A stretch of 64,000 nt of DNA from Eledone cirrhosa (Eukaryota): NCBI GenBank assembly GCA_964016885.1, contig OZ024743.1, forward strand, positions 253,952,001-254,016,000, read 5' to 3'. A program made the position numbers and the translations under genes. Position 1 is the first letter of the stretch; the number at the start of each line of letters is the position of its first letter. Below the pieces are notes generated by a model, which did not search any database, was not told where the DNA came from, and saw only the letters and a program-made list of their open reading frames with translations. Of this stretch, positions 52,738 to 64,000 are shown piece after piece.

Positions 52738-54682
52738 TGATATATATATATATATATATAACCCGTGCCAGCGAGGAAAAATGGGTGTTAAATGCTGGTG
52801 ATGATGATGATATACATACATATATAGACAGTTGACAGAATTTTCGTTTTTATATAAGTGTGAGAAAAATATAATATGGTGGCTAGCTGTAACACCGTAT
52901 AACAGAGTTACACATATATTTCATTATAATATATTTTATTATTATATTTTTTTTCTAACTGGCATTCTGCCTTCTTCATTATTGAAGACAATATTATTAA
53001 TAATATGCTCGTGAAATAAGTATGTTTCAGTGAGCAAGGAGAATCCTTGGCAATTATCTTTGAGCAAACCCACCAACCAACCTATCAACCAACCGACCAA
53101 ACATGTTGTCTACTAATTCGTAAAATCAGAAACTCACTACGATTCAGAAAAAGGGAATGATTGTATTTTGTAGCATTTTATTTAGATCTGTTTGTATTGT
53201 TGTTGTTGTTTTTGTTTTTTTATAGGAGTAAAATATTGTAGTTGGAATATGGTGGCCTTATTTATTGATTCCATCTCTGTTTAATCACGTTTATACAATC
53301 TAATTCTCTATGGAAATAAATATATTTACTCTGAAAGTTGCTGAAAATGGATTAAAGATTATATTGCCTGAGTTATTATTATAAAATTTACAAAGATGTA
53401 TGACTTGTATTTTCTGTGATTATTTTTTTCTCCCACGCCTTTTGTTTTATGTATATATCTTCTTTTTTTTTTCCTATCTACTTAACCATCCATCTCATAT
53501 CTATCTTTCTAATTCTCTTCCCATACTTCCAATAATGGTTCAGTAAGTGTAATTTGTATTAAATTCTTTGCTATATTCTCAGAAAATATTGTTATTTAAT
53601 ACACACGGATGGTAATGTTTCAAAAATATAACATTTCTTGGCTTGAAGAAGATTTTCATATGGCATTCTTCTCATCATATGTAATAGTTATGCAGATAGT
53701 TATTTTCAGGTATAAAGAAACTGCATGTGTCTACGTTTACCTTGGTGTACTATTCTTTATATTCTAATTAACTAACACATATTATGTTCAACCAATATTC
53801 ACCCAGGCACTCATATATATATATATAAGCTCAAACCAATTTTTTTGTGTAAAGAAAGAAATATATGAAAAACAGCCTGCATTTGGCTAAAATAATCATA
53901 ACATTGGTCTCGCTTAAACATTGAGAATATGGAAAGAAAAAATTAAAAATATATATATATATTCCATCTGGAAAAATGAAATTTAAAAAAAAACAAAGAA
54001 AGTGTAAAAAAGCAAATATAACTTTAGATTCTTAGAATATTTCCATTCTTTATGAATTTGAAGAACAAAACCATCACAAACTTTATACATGAGGAAAAAT
54101 GGAAATAGATTATACAGCTCACACCTATACAGATTTAGCAGGCCTCCTGTGGGATTAAATCTCATACAAGGGTTTCTTGATGGTTTTAATGATGGGGTTC
54201 TAGTCCTATCATTGAAAATAATGAGATGAAACATCGTTGCTTAAGTACACAACATGCTGTCTTCCCCAAGAATTGAACCTACAATCTTACCATCATACAT
54301 CCAGCAACTTAGCTACTATGCCACATGCCTTCACAAAACTCCAAAGATATCATTCACTAATTTACTTAGATTACAATTATAATGTGTGTCTGACACCATT
54401 GCATGCAAAACTACAGGACTATAGGACCACTTCTGACATGTAAATTGCACTAGTGGACTTATAATAAATAAATTGTACATGTAACATTCTAAACTATAGA
54501 TTGGGCTATTGTATTTATACAATACACACAGCACAATTACATTTACAAAGACACACAGAAAAAGTGAAATGTCTGACCAATTCCATTACTCAGAGAATGA
54601 TTCTTTCATTCAGTGTACAAGTCTGGTAATAGAATATATATATGTGCATGTGTGTGTATCTGTGTGTACATCTACATACATT

Positions 54683-54794
<112 letters not shown>

Positions 54795-55389
54795 CAGATA
54801 TAAATACACACATACATATATATCTATATCTATAAGACAAGATTAGTTTTGTCAATATCTTGAAGAGTTGAGCCAATGTTCCACCTAACCTCATAGATTT
54901 TTATTATCTGCAGTGATACAACTAGTTAAATACACAACACAGTCTAGGTACCAAAGTATAAATCTCTTGCATTATATTCTTGTAGATATGATAGAATGGA
55001 ATATTTCAGCAGTGCAAGAAAGTGACACGTTTCACCACGTTTTAACATATAACCGACAATAACTTTTTGCTTAATCCCATCATAATTTGACGCAGAGAGT
55101 TTCTTTCTGTAAATAATCCTTACTTCATAGTTAATCCTTCTTAAATATGGTTCTTTACCATCTAAAGTAGAATTAAGAGCAATACATAGACATATATACT
55201 GCCATCTCAACATTTCCAACATCTAACAGAATCTATTCTATCACTGTTATTTTTGTATTTAAAACCATTTGTAAGAATTTTCTTCACATTTTCTTAGTTT
55301 GTTTCCTCTTGTTGTTTTTTATTGCTATTGCCTGTCTGCTGGGTTTTATTATTACACAGTAAATATGATAATTACTAGATCTACTGCTT

Positions 55390-57560
55390 GTTGAGTTTCA
55401 ACAATGATATCACTCAGACAACTTTCTAGAATATTTGTGCTGTCCAAACAAGGCAGTCTTTTGTAGGAGCAATTTGTTAGGACGAATTGTTTGAAATACC
55501 TTCTCAGTTTTAGTGTTAATCATATTTTCTGGGCCATGCTTGTACCATTTTCCAGACACCTCATAACCATATTTTTTGCATTATTATTATCTATATTATA
55601 GGGCGGTGGATTGGCAGTATCGGTAGAGGGTTGGACGCCATGTTTTCCAGCATAGTTACGTCCCTTTACGATCTGAGTTCAAATCCCGCCGAGGTTGACT
55701 TTGCCTTTCATCCTTACGGGGTCGATAAAATAAAGTACCAGTAATGCACTGGTTAATTTGCTGGCCTTGTGCCTAATGTAGAAACAATTATTATCTATAT
55801 TATAAATCTGCTTGTTCGTTCATTTGAGATTATGTTTGAGCTTATTTAGTGGGAGGAGAAGTTGAAGTGAGTGAGAGAGAGGGAGAGATGGATGTGGAGT
55901 TGGAGAGAAGTGTCTGATAAAATTGAGAGAAAGAGAAAGAGCTGTAGAAGGAATAACCTTACAGTTAAAAAGTAGGAATGGGGAGGTAAATAACTGAAGA
56001 GGGCCAAATGTCTTCTGTAGGAGGATATCTTTTACTCACTCTTTAATTTTTCACTTTCTTCACATATGTGTATATCAAAGTCTATCCAAAACATACATAA
56101 ATTCTTTAGATGTCTTTTGCAGTTAGTCATGATCACTTTGTCAACAGCAAGACGCCCTTTGGTTCTTTCGGAATTGTTCCTACTCCCCATCTGCTTGACA
56201 GGTAGCATCACATTCTCAAGCATGCAACCATACGTTTTTGTAGTTAAAATCAATACCTACCAAAACAATTTCAAGCAAGCAATGGGCCTGTAATTTACAA
56301 CTAACTGACCATTTATCCTTCATTAACAAAGTTGTCTTTCCTTCATTCATTCAGCTTAGAACTTATGCTTGTACTACACAATCATTTAGGTGCGTCGCTA
56401 GCATTGAGTGAATACTTTTAAATTTTTTCAACCATAATCTTTGGATCCCATCCAGTCTAGGAGATTTACAGTTTAGCATTTTCCTAACTTGCTCTTGAAC
56501 ATCTTCCTTAGAAATTCTTTCCCATCTTTATTTTGCTTCATTAGATAACTTATGCTGAATTCCATTTACCCATATTGCATCTTTGTTATGCTCTTTTGCA
56601 TTTCCTCATGGATTTGACCAAAATTGTGTGAATTCTTCAGCATTAGGGGCAACTTCTGCACCATGTTCCTCTAACAGTGTTTTAAAAAAGATTTTCTGAT
56701 TTGCAGAGAGCAATCTGTCTTGTTCTTATTATTTCTATCAAATCCCGCCGACGTTAACTTTGCCTTTCATCCTCACGGGGTCGATGAAATAAAGTACCAG
56801 TAATGCACTGGGTAATTGCTGGCCTTGTGCCAAAAGTACAAACAATTATTTCTATCTATTTGTATAACACCTAACCTGATTAGATTTTGCCTTAATTCGC
56901 TGTTTAAATTTTTTAGCACTACATTCAAAACTTTCAAATTTATTTTATACCTTAAGTTCATGTGTTACTTCTCCCTTACATTGGCCTTTTTCCATTCTCC
57001 CTAGATCTTTTCTGAGCTGAGTTATATCACTTTCCAATCTTCCAGCAGGTTTTTTTACTTCTGTTTGCTTAATACCATATTAATCACCCACCAGAAGCTC
57101 TGCAGCACTAATTAACTTTCTCATGTTGGTGATAACATTAGTTTCTATTTGGTTTACTTTGGCTGTTTCAGTTTTCTCTCTATATTCCAAAGATTCAGCT
57201 TGTCTTATTGAAACCAGGGTCATTAAAAAGATTTCTCAATCTTTTTGATAAACACTCCTGTTTCTTGCTCTTCTTTAGTTTCATTCAGCCTTTCAATGTC
57301 TACATCATCAGTCACGTGAATCACCACTCCCTCCACATTTAGTGGTTTATCCCCTTATCAGCATTTCTGAAGGTTAATTCTTCCATGGTTGATTAATTTT
57401 CCTTATGATCTCTATGTTTCTCGCTTTCCACATTCACATCACTTAAGTTATCTTAAATATCAACTTTCATGTTTTATACTTCAATTTCTAGGGACTCTAA
57501 TTAAACCTTGGTGAGCTAATTACTATATCTGATTTACATTATCAGTCTCATCAAATTGTT
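55390..57560 (-). mobile_element. Decayed R4/Dong-like non-LTR element, internally deleted and interrupted by SINEs
   Basis: 56066-56253 gives LPVKQMGSRNNSERTKGRLAVDKVIMTNCKRHLKNLCMFWIDF, like the R4/Dong QKGCRxxSRGTKDQLLIDK..NLxMAWIDY motif. 55420-55470 gives LQKTALFG.., like the R4/Dong C-terminus. Confidence 0.7.
55601..55793 (+). mobile_element. Full-length tRNA-derived SINE (Meta-domain-like core), nested in the R4/Dong element
   Basis: ggcggtggattggcagtatcggtagag (A box), gagttcaaatccc (B box), core gcctttcatccttacggggtcgataaaataaagtaccag. Flanking direct repeat attattatctatattata on both sides. A 5'-truncated copy lies at 56739-56850. Confidence 0.88.
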
Positions 57561-58499
57561 CAAACCCATTTCAAACATTTCAAACCTTTACCAATGCTGA
57601 AATACCTGTTCACTCACACCACAGTCTCCTCACACTTTTGGAAGAATGTGACACTTGATTGTGACATTATTATCTTCTTTACTATCTCCAGCTTTATTGT
57701 ATTGTTTTACATTCCTACTGTTACAAACCTGTGGTTTATTTTGTGGTACAGTTGCAAATGTTTTAGTGTAGTTATTAATGGACAGATTTGTGTGAAACTT
57801 TGGAGTATTAGAGTACATACTAAAGTTCTTATTGGGATTCAGCCATAGTTTGGTTTTGTACTTTTCAAGAATATCTTGCTATTGTGGTTTCATGTGGTAC
57901 ATGATGTTGAATTAAACTCATCTATCTGAATCTTTCTGGGTATATGTGAAAAGCACTACTCATAGGGAGAAGTAAATAGATGATCTTTCAATAGAAAGGG
58001 GTGTTCATTACTATATTTTTAATGGATGAAACTACCTATGATTCTCAAGTAATTTTGAAAATTATCAATGATTTAGTAATATAACTAACATGTTCATTAT
58101 TAAGCTAGTGTTTAGAACATTAGGTTCTACTTAAAATTATATAAGAACCTGTAAATAATTATGCAGTTATTGTTATGAATGCTTTTTGATAAAAATACAC
58201 AATTCAAAACAAGTTTTTTGTAGAACTGGGGGAATTTTTAGGCAGTTTGGTATCCAAAGTGTTAAAAATTCAGGTTGTGGTAGGAGAAATACTTAAAAGT
58301 TGTATTAATTGCTTCTTCAGAATATTTCTTGATATTTTGCTACATTATTTTATCTTACATAGTTTGGTGTTATTTTTGTTTTTCCCAGAGTGAAGAAAAT
58401 CGTTATCATCCATGAAAGGGGATCGATTTAATTAACTGTAATTTCTACTCTAGAAATATCTGAAGTTTTGATAAAGAGCAAAATCAATATTTAGTGTTG

Positions 58500-58850
58500 G
58501 TGTGGAAGGATGTTACAGAGAGCAATTTGTGAGACTAATAGACAAAGTAGTCAGTGGAGGATACATAGCTTTGTGGAGATAGTAGATAAAGTAATCTGTG
58601 GCACTAATATATGTCATAGGAAAGCTGCTAGAGAATGTAATATATGGTAAAATACATCACTGAGTGCTGTTAAACAATGTAATAAGTGGGAATATATGTC
58701 GTTGTAGAGAGGGTAGACAATGAAATATGTAGAAATATATATCACTGTAGAGATGGTAGACAATGTTGTATGTGGGGCTATATATCTTTGTAGAGCTGGT
58801 TGACAATGTAATATGTAAGAATAAATATCTCTTGTGGGGCTGGAAGACAG
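58500..58850 (+). repeat. Diverged ~43-bp minisatellite
   Basis: Unit ~tgtagagatggtagacaatgtaatatgtagaaatatatatc; acaatg recurs at ~43-bp spacing. Confidence 0.7.
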
Positions 58851-59489
58851 AGTTTTAACCAATCACTAATAGATTGAATATATTTACATCATCCATAGTA
58901 TCTCATGAGCTTCTAGTTTGAAATGTTTAACAATATTTGGTGTTGTTTTGAATTTCTAATGAATATTTTACTTCATTTTACCCTTATAGGTATTAAGGTT
59001 TATGATACCAAACTGCTTGAAACTTCGCCTGGTTCTATAATTAATGAATATTTATTTTAAAATTTCATATTCATCTAAAAGCTTTCCATCACAGTTTTAG
59101 CTCAAAACTATTGTTGTTGTATGTTCAAAGAATCAATGTAATGAAAAACTTAGTTGTATCACTAAATCACTCCAAAATCTTGATTATTTTCAAAATTATT
59201 TGAACAATCGTGGGGATAATGTCTTTCATTAGAAATATGGTAACAAAAGGGTTAAACATGGCTTGTAAGTAACAGTAGACAACTTTTTTTTCCCATATTC
59301 CTATTGTCTTCATAAGAACGTGATAAAGAACAAAGTGGAAAACTTCAATAATTCTCAACCAATATGAACTTAAGTACATCCATTGCATGCTAAACATAGT
59401 ATTCTTATTGACTATTTCAATACATAAAAATAGAAATTCAGGACGAGGCAACTTCTATTTCAGAAAATAAACTTTTTTTTGGAGACCAA

Positions 59490-60145
59490 ACATTTGTTGT
59501 TGCTGTTCAAATTTAGAATTAGCATCATTGCTACTGTGCTGTTGCTGTTGTTGTGCTTTTGCAGTTGTACTTTTATTGTTATTTTCTTGTTGCTATTGCT
59601 GTCATTGTGTGGTTGTTACTTTTCTTGTTGTTATTGTCATCATTGTTACTGTTGTTTTTTCTGTTATAGTATTTATTGTTATCATTTCTGTGGTTGTAGT
59701 TGTTTATTATTGCTGTTGTGATGCAGTTGTTCACATACTTGTTGTTATTGCTGTTTTATTTTGTGTCAGCACTGTCGTTATTGTTCTCATGGTCAGTGTT
59801 GTTGTTATTGCTGCTGCACTGTAGTTAGAGTTGTTGCTGTTGCTGTTTCATGGTGCTGTGTTTGTAATTATTGCTGCTGCTGCTGTTGTTGTGCTGGTAT
59901 TTGTTATTTTTGCTGTTTTGTTGTGTTGTTTTCATTTCATTGTTGTTGTGGTTGTTATCATTATTGCTGCTGCTATTGTTGTTGTGGTCATTGCTGTCAA
60001 TTTTCTTGTTGCTGTTGTTGCCATAGTTGTTGTCATTGTTGCTGCTTTTCAGCAATTGTTGTGATAGTTTTTATTGTTGCTGTTGTTTCATTATGGTGTT
60101 ATCACTGTCATTGGTGTTGTTGGTATTATTGTTGTTATTGTAGGA
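59490..60145. repeat. Degenerate (TGT/TGC)n trinucleotide tract
   Basis: Low-complexity ttg/ctg repeats give Cys-, Val- or Leu-rich frames. Confidence 0.85.
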
Positions 60146-60427
60146 AGATATTTCAATAACATCTAATAAATCATGCCAGCTGCCATTGTTCTCAATTCAA
60201 AATAGCAGAGGAGGAAAGTTATAAAATGAGAAAAAAATATATTTAAAATAGTAAAGAACCCCCCCCCCCCCCCCCTCCTCAACCCTCACCCCGCCACCAA
60301 ATAAAAATAACTAAATAAAATCTTTAGAATGTAATGTAACTTTTTCATAACTTCAGCCATGTTGGTATTTATCATTTTCATCTTGTTCTTCTTGCTTTTG
60401 TATGATATTGTTGTTATTTTTGACACC

Positions 60428-60459
60428 AATAGTAGTAGTAGTACTAGTAGTAGTAGTAT

Positions 60460-60500
<41 letters not shown>

Positions 60501-60518
60501 ATGGTGGTGGTGATGGTG

Positions 60519-60574
<56 letters not shown>

Positions 60575-60700
60575 GGTGGTGGTGGTGGTGGTGGTGGTGG
60601 TGGTGGTGGTGGTGGTGGTGGTGATTGGTAGTAGTAGTAGTAGCTGCAGTGGTTGCACTATCAGCAGTGGTAGTTGCAGTAGCAGTAATAGTAGAATGGT
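60428..60700. repeat. Compound (TAG)n/(TGG)n microsatellite
   Basis: Alternating tag and tgg runs. Confidence 0.95.
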
Positions 60701-62111
60701 AGAATAAGCAGCAGTTTTAGTAAGTTAATCTTGGCCATGTTTGGTCACTATGACCTCTGCTTGTCAAGACATATCAATGAAATGTACCAACCTGACCCTA
60801 TAAAGTCGATGATTCCAAGGATATTCAATAAATGACAGAATCAACATGAAGCAAAGACAAGTAGACTAGTGGTAAATGTGTTAGGCTCATGATCAGAAAG
60901 TCATTGGTTGGATTCCTGGAATGGGCAGCATGTTGTGTTCTTGAGAAAAGTGCTTCATTTCATATTGCTACAGTCTGTTCAGCTGATAAAACATTAGCAC
61001 CAGGAGTAGCTGGAGGTTAACACCTACAATGGGCTGGCATTTGTACCAAGAAGGGAGAGTATGTTCATAATAGGACTGGGGTCTTTATCATTAAAACATC
61101 CAAGAAGCATCTGATGAGATGCAGCCTTGTAGGAGGCCAACTCAACATACACAGATACGAACTGTAACAACATTATATGACTAGGGTATCTATCACTAAA
61201 ACTTCCAAGAAGGCTGATGTTCCATAATAGCAGCAGGAACAGTCAATATGGTAGCTGGATGTCGTCCCAAAGTTTGGACGATTATATCCTGTCAATGACA
61301 TGCTGTTTGTGGGAGAGACCAGGAAGGTAAAGGCTAGGGGGAGTACACCTCGAGAGAAAATTAAACTCTAGTGGCTAAATAAAGCAAAAGTCTTACAGCT
61401 GGAAGGAAGTTCCAGTCACCTTGGCCAGCCTTGCTATTGAGTTCAGCTGTTTTACAGTAATAATAATAAGGGTGGGGAACATACACCCTCAAAGAAAGTA
61501 TAAATTGAGATTTTTGTTGAGTAGTTATGCAACGTTCTAATCATATTTTCTTGGTTATAACCAACTTTACCCAAATTAACATCTCAACCAAGCAACAAAC
61601 AAATCCTCACAGCAACACACATTGAATCACTGATATTCAATCCCATCTTTCAACACAACTTTTCTTGCATTCCAATTCATTTCAACACATAATCCTTTTA
61701 TATATACAAAAACATATGTATTCAGTTTAGAATAAGTACACTGTATATCTGCGTGTGATAAAAGGTGACTCAAACGGGTAGCGTAAACAATGGCTTGCAA
61801 ATGTAAAACCTTGTCTCAAAATATTCCAAATAACCCAAACTAGCATTAAAAAATGTAAGTTAAAATAAAAAAGAAAACCAAATATATATATATATATAGA
61901 GAGAGAGAGGGGGTGAGAGAGAGTGAGAGAAAGAGAGAAAGAGAGAGAGAGAGACGAGTACACAGACCAGACAGATTCACAAAGAAATTGAGAAGTAAAT
62001 CAGGAATGCAAATACATTAGACACACTGTTTCGAAAAGTAAGACATTTTGAATGAAATTCAATAAAAAAATTCATTATATTTCATATACATACTTATATA
62101 TATATATATAT

Positions 62112-62511
62112 GTTGGTCCCACAACATCCAGGCTGAAACAAATGAGATCGTGTAGGTGTCACGACAAAAAAACACAGTCCACGCTGTAAATGTGGCCGTG
62201 TAGGCAACACGGTAAAAACCTCCCAGCCCCACACTGTAAATGTGGTTGGTGTTAGGAAGGGCATCCAGCTGTAGAAAACCCGCCAGACAGTCCACGCTGT
62301 AATGTGGCCGTGTAGGCAACACGGTAAAAACCTCCCAGCCCCACACTGTAAATGTGGTTGGTGTTAGGAAGGGCATCCAACTGTAGAAAACCCGCCAGAC
62401 AGTCCTATGCGAGCAAGACAACCACTCTTGCCTCAAGTGGGAAAACCCCCGTCCAAACCCATGCAAGCATGGAACACGAACGCTAAACCTGATGATGATG
62501 ATGATGATGAT
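62112..62511 (+). mobile_element. Young SINE-like element with duplicated ~113-bp V-domain-like unit and (GAT)n tail
   Basis: acagtccacgctgtaa..gtggttggtgttaggaagggcatcca.ctgtagaaaacccgccag occurs twice, nearly identical. Tail catgcaagcatggaacacgaacgctaaacc(tga)n. Confidence 0.75.
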
Positions 62512-62513
62512 AT

Positions 62514-64000
62514 ATAGCTGCCGAGATGCTGAAGGCATCTGGGTCTGTATGTCACATTATAACCAGACGTATTGTTAACCATGTAATACTAGAAGGTGTC
62601 ATACCAAAAGATTGGTGCAGTAGCATCATTGTCAACTGCTACAAAGGTAAAGTCGATGCACTAGATAGAGGAAACTATAGAGGTATAAAGTTGATGGACC
62701 AGGTCATGAAAGTAACAGAAAGAGTTATAGCACAGTTGATTAGGGACCGGGTAAAAATAGACGAGATGCAATTTGGGTTTGTACCAGGAAGAGGCACCAC
62801 TGATGCCCTCTTCCTTGTGAGTCAATTACAGGAAAAGTACCTAGCTGAAAGTAAGCCACTCTACTTGGCATTTGTCAACCTTGAGAAAGCCTTTGACAGA
62901 GTTCCACGTGCTGTAATCTGGTGGGCTCTTAGAAAACTAGGAGTAGATGAATGGCTTGTGAAAGCGGTACAAGCCATGTATAGGGGAGCAGTCAGCAAAG
63001 TTAGGATTAACAATGAGTATAGCGAGGAATTTAGCGTACAGGTTGGGGTCCACCAGGGCTCTGTTCTTAGCCCCCTCCTGTTCATCATAGTCCTGCAGGC
63101 AATAACGGAGGAGTTTAAGACCGGATGCCCATGGGAACTCCTGTATGCTGATGACCTCGCACTCATAGCTGAATCTATGGTAGAACTACAGAATAAATTC
63201 CAAACTTGGAAGCAGGGACTAGAAAGAAAGGGTTTCAAAGTCAACATGACAAAGACTAAGCTCCTTGTAAGTAGACGAGAAAACAGAACCCAGATCCCCT
63301 CAAGGAAATGGCCTTGCTCAGTATGTAGGAAAGGTGTAGGTAGGAACTCCATTCTCTGCCCCAAATGCAAACAATGGGTACACAAGAGATGTAGCGGGAT
63401 CTCAGGAAGCTTAATTAAGAATGTAGGCTTCACATGCAGCAGCTGTGCTGAGACAGCAAGCAGCAAACAGACACAGGAAACAAGTACCACCAATCTCTGG
63501 GAGGGCTCTGTAGAAACAGTAGACAGCTTCTGCTACCTAGCTGACCGAATTAGCAGCGGAGGTGGGTGTTCAGAAAGTACAATAACTAGGGTAAGAACGG
63601 GATGGAAGAAGTTTAGGGAACTACTACCACTGCTAGCTGCAAAAGGCTTCTCCCTCAGAATGAAAGGCAGACTGTATGATGCGTGTATCCAAACAGCAAT
63701 GTTGCATGGTAGTGAGACCTGGGCACTGAAGGTGGAAGACTTACGTAGATTAGAGAGAAACGAAGCCTGCATGCTCCGATGGATGTGTAACAGTAATAAA
63801 CGTGAACGACAAAGCATAAATGAATTGAGAGAGAGACTGAGCATAAGAGGAATCAAATGCTGTGTGCAGGAGAGGCGGTTGCACTGGTATGGTCATGTGA
63901 CGCGTATGAAGGATGACAGCTGTATAAAAAGTTGCAGAGCACTAGAAGTTGATGGAAACCGCGGAGTGGGGAGACCCAAGATGACCTGGGATGAGGTGAT
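62514..64000 (+). mobile_element. 5'-truncated RTE-like LINE; uninterrupted RT frame running off the window, with internal PHD-type Cys cluster
   Basis: Hand translation from ATG 62526 found no stop: GNYRGIKL, MQFGFVPGRGTTDA, LAFVNLEKAFDRVP, GVHQGSVLSPLLF, LLYADDL, WPCSVCRKGVGRNSILCPKCKQWVHKRCSG..CSSC, HGSETW, LHWYGHV, GRPKMTW. Absent from the ORF track, probably because no stop is reached. Confidence 0.92.

Noticed and set aside
55601-55700. tRNA gene
   Set aside because: The A and B boxes belong to a multi-copy SINE head; no complete cloverleaf.
58500-58850. CRISPR-like periodicity
   Set aside because: Whole units are diverged tandem copies without unique spacers; eukaryotic context and no cas genes.
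59479-60159. Cys-rich ORFs resembling metallothionein or keratin-associated proteins
   Set aside because: Degenerate trinucleotide tract that is open in several frames on both strands, with no splice or domain evidence.
61105-61130. CTGATGA inside a small hairpin as a hammerhead (also gat-repeat matches at ~44782 and ~47042)
   Set aside because: No correctly placed GAAA, UH or stem I.

Overview
Eukaryotic, AT-rich, repeat-dominated DNA dense in (AT)n, (AC)n and (AG)n microsatellites. The repeat repertoire suggests a mollusc, probably a cephalopod such as Octopus (inference only). No host protein-coding gene could be supported; most ORF-track entries are microsatellite or antisense artefacts. 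From 1 to ~39.5 kb the window is a nest of Penelope-like retroelements (PLEs) bounded by (TA)n tracts. It holds two near-full-length but broken RT + C-terminal GIY-YIG copies in opposite orientation, fragments of a second PLE lineage, and many short non-coding PLE-type pieces. I read about 19 type I hammerhead-ribozyme (HHR) motifs or remnants by eye, from several unrelated families. Many lie inside fold-back elements; a ~390 bp near-perfect palindrome carries an intact HHR on each strand. The main PLE's pseudo-LTR carries a non-canonical core (CAGAAGA, U4A) in its copies. From ~40 to 64 kb I found no such motifs; this part holds tRNA-derived SINEs and decayed Tx1/L1, RTE and R4/Dong LINEs, and ends in a young RTE-like RT frame with an internal PHD-type Cys cluster that runs off the window. 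All folds and family calls are by eye; coordinates of degenerate elements are approximate.
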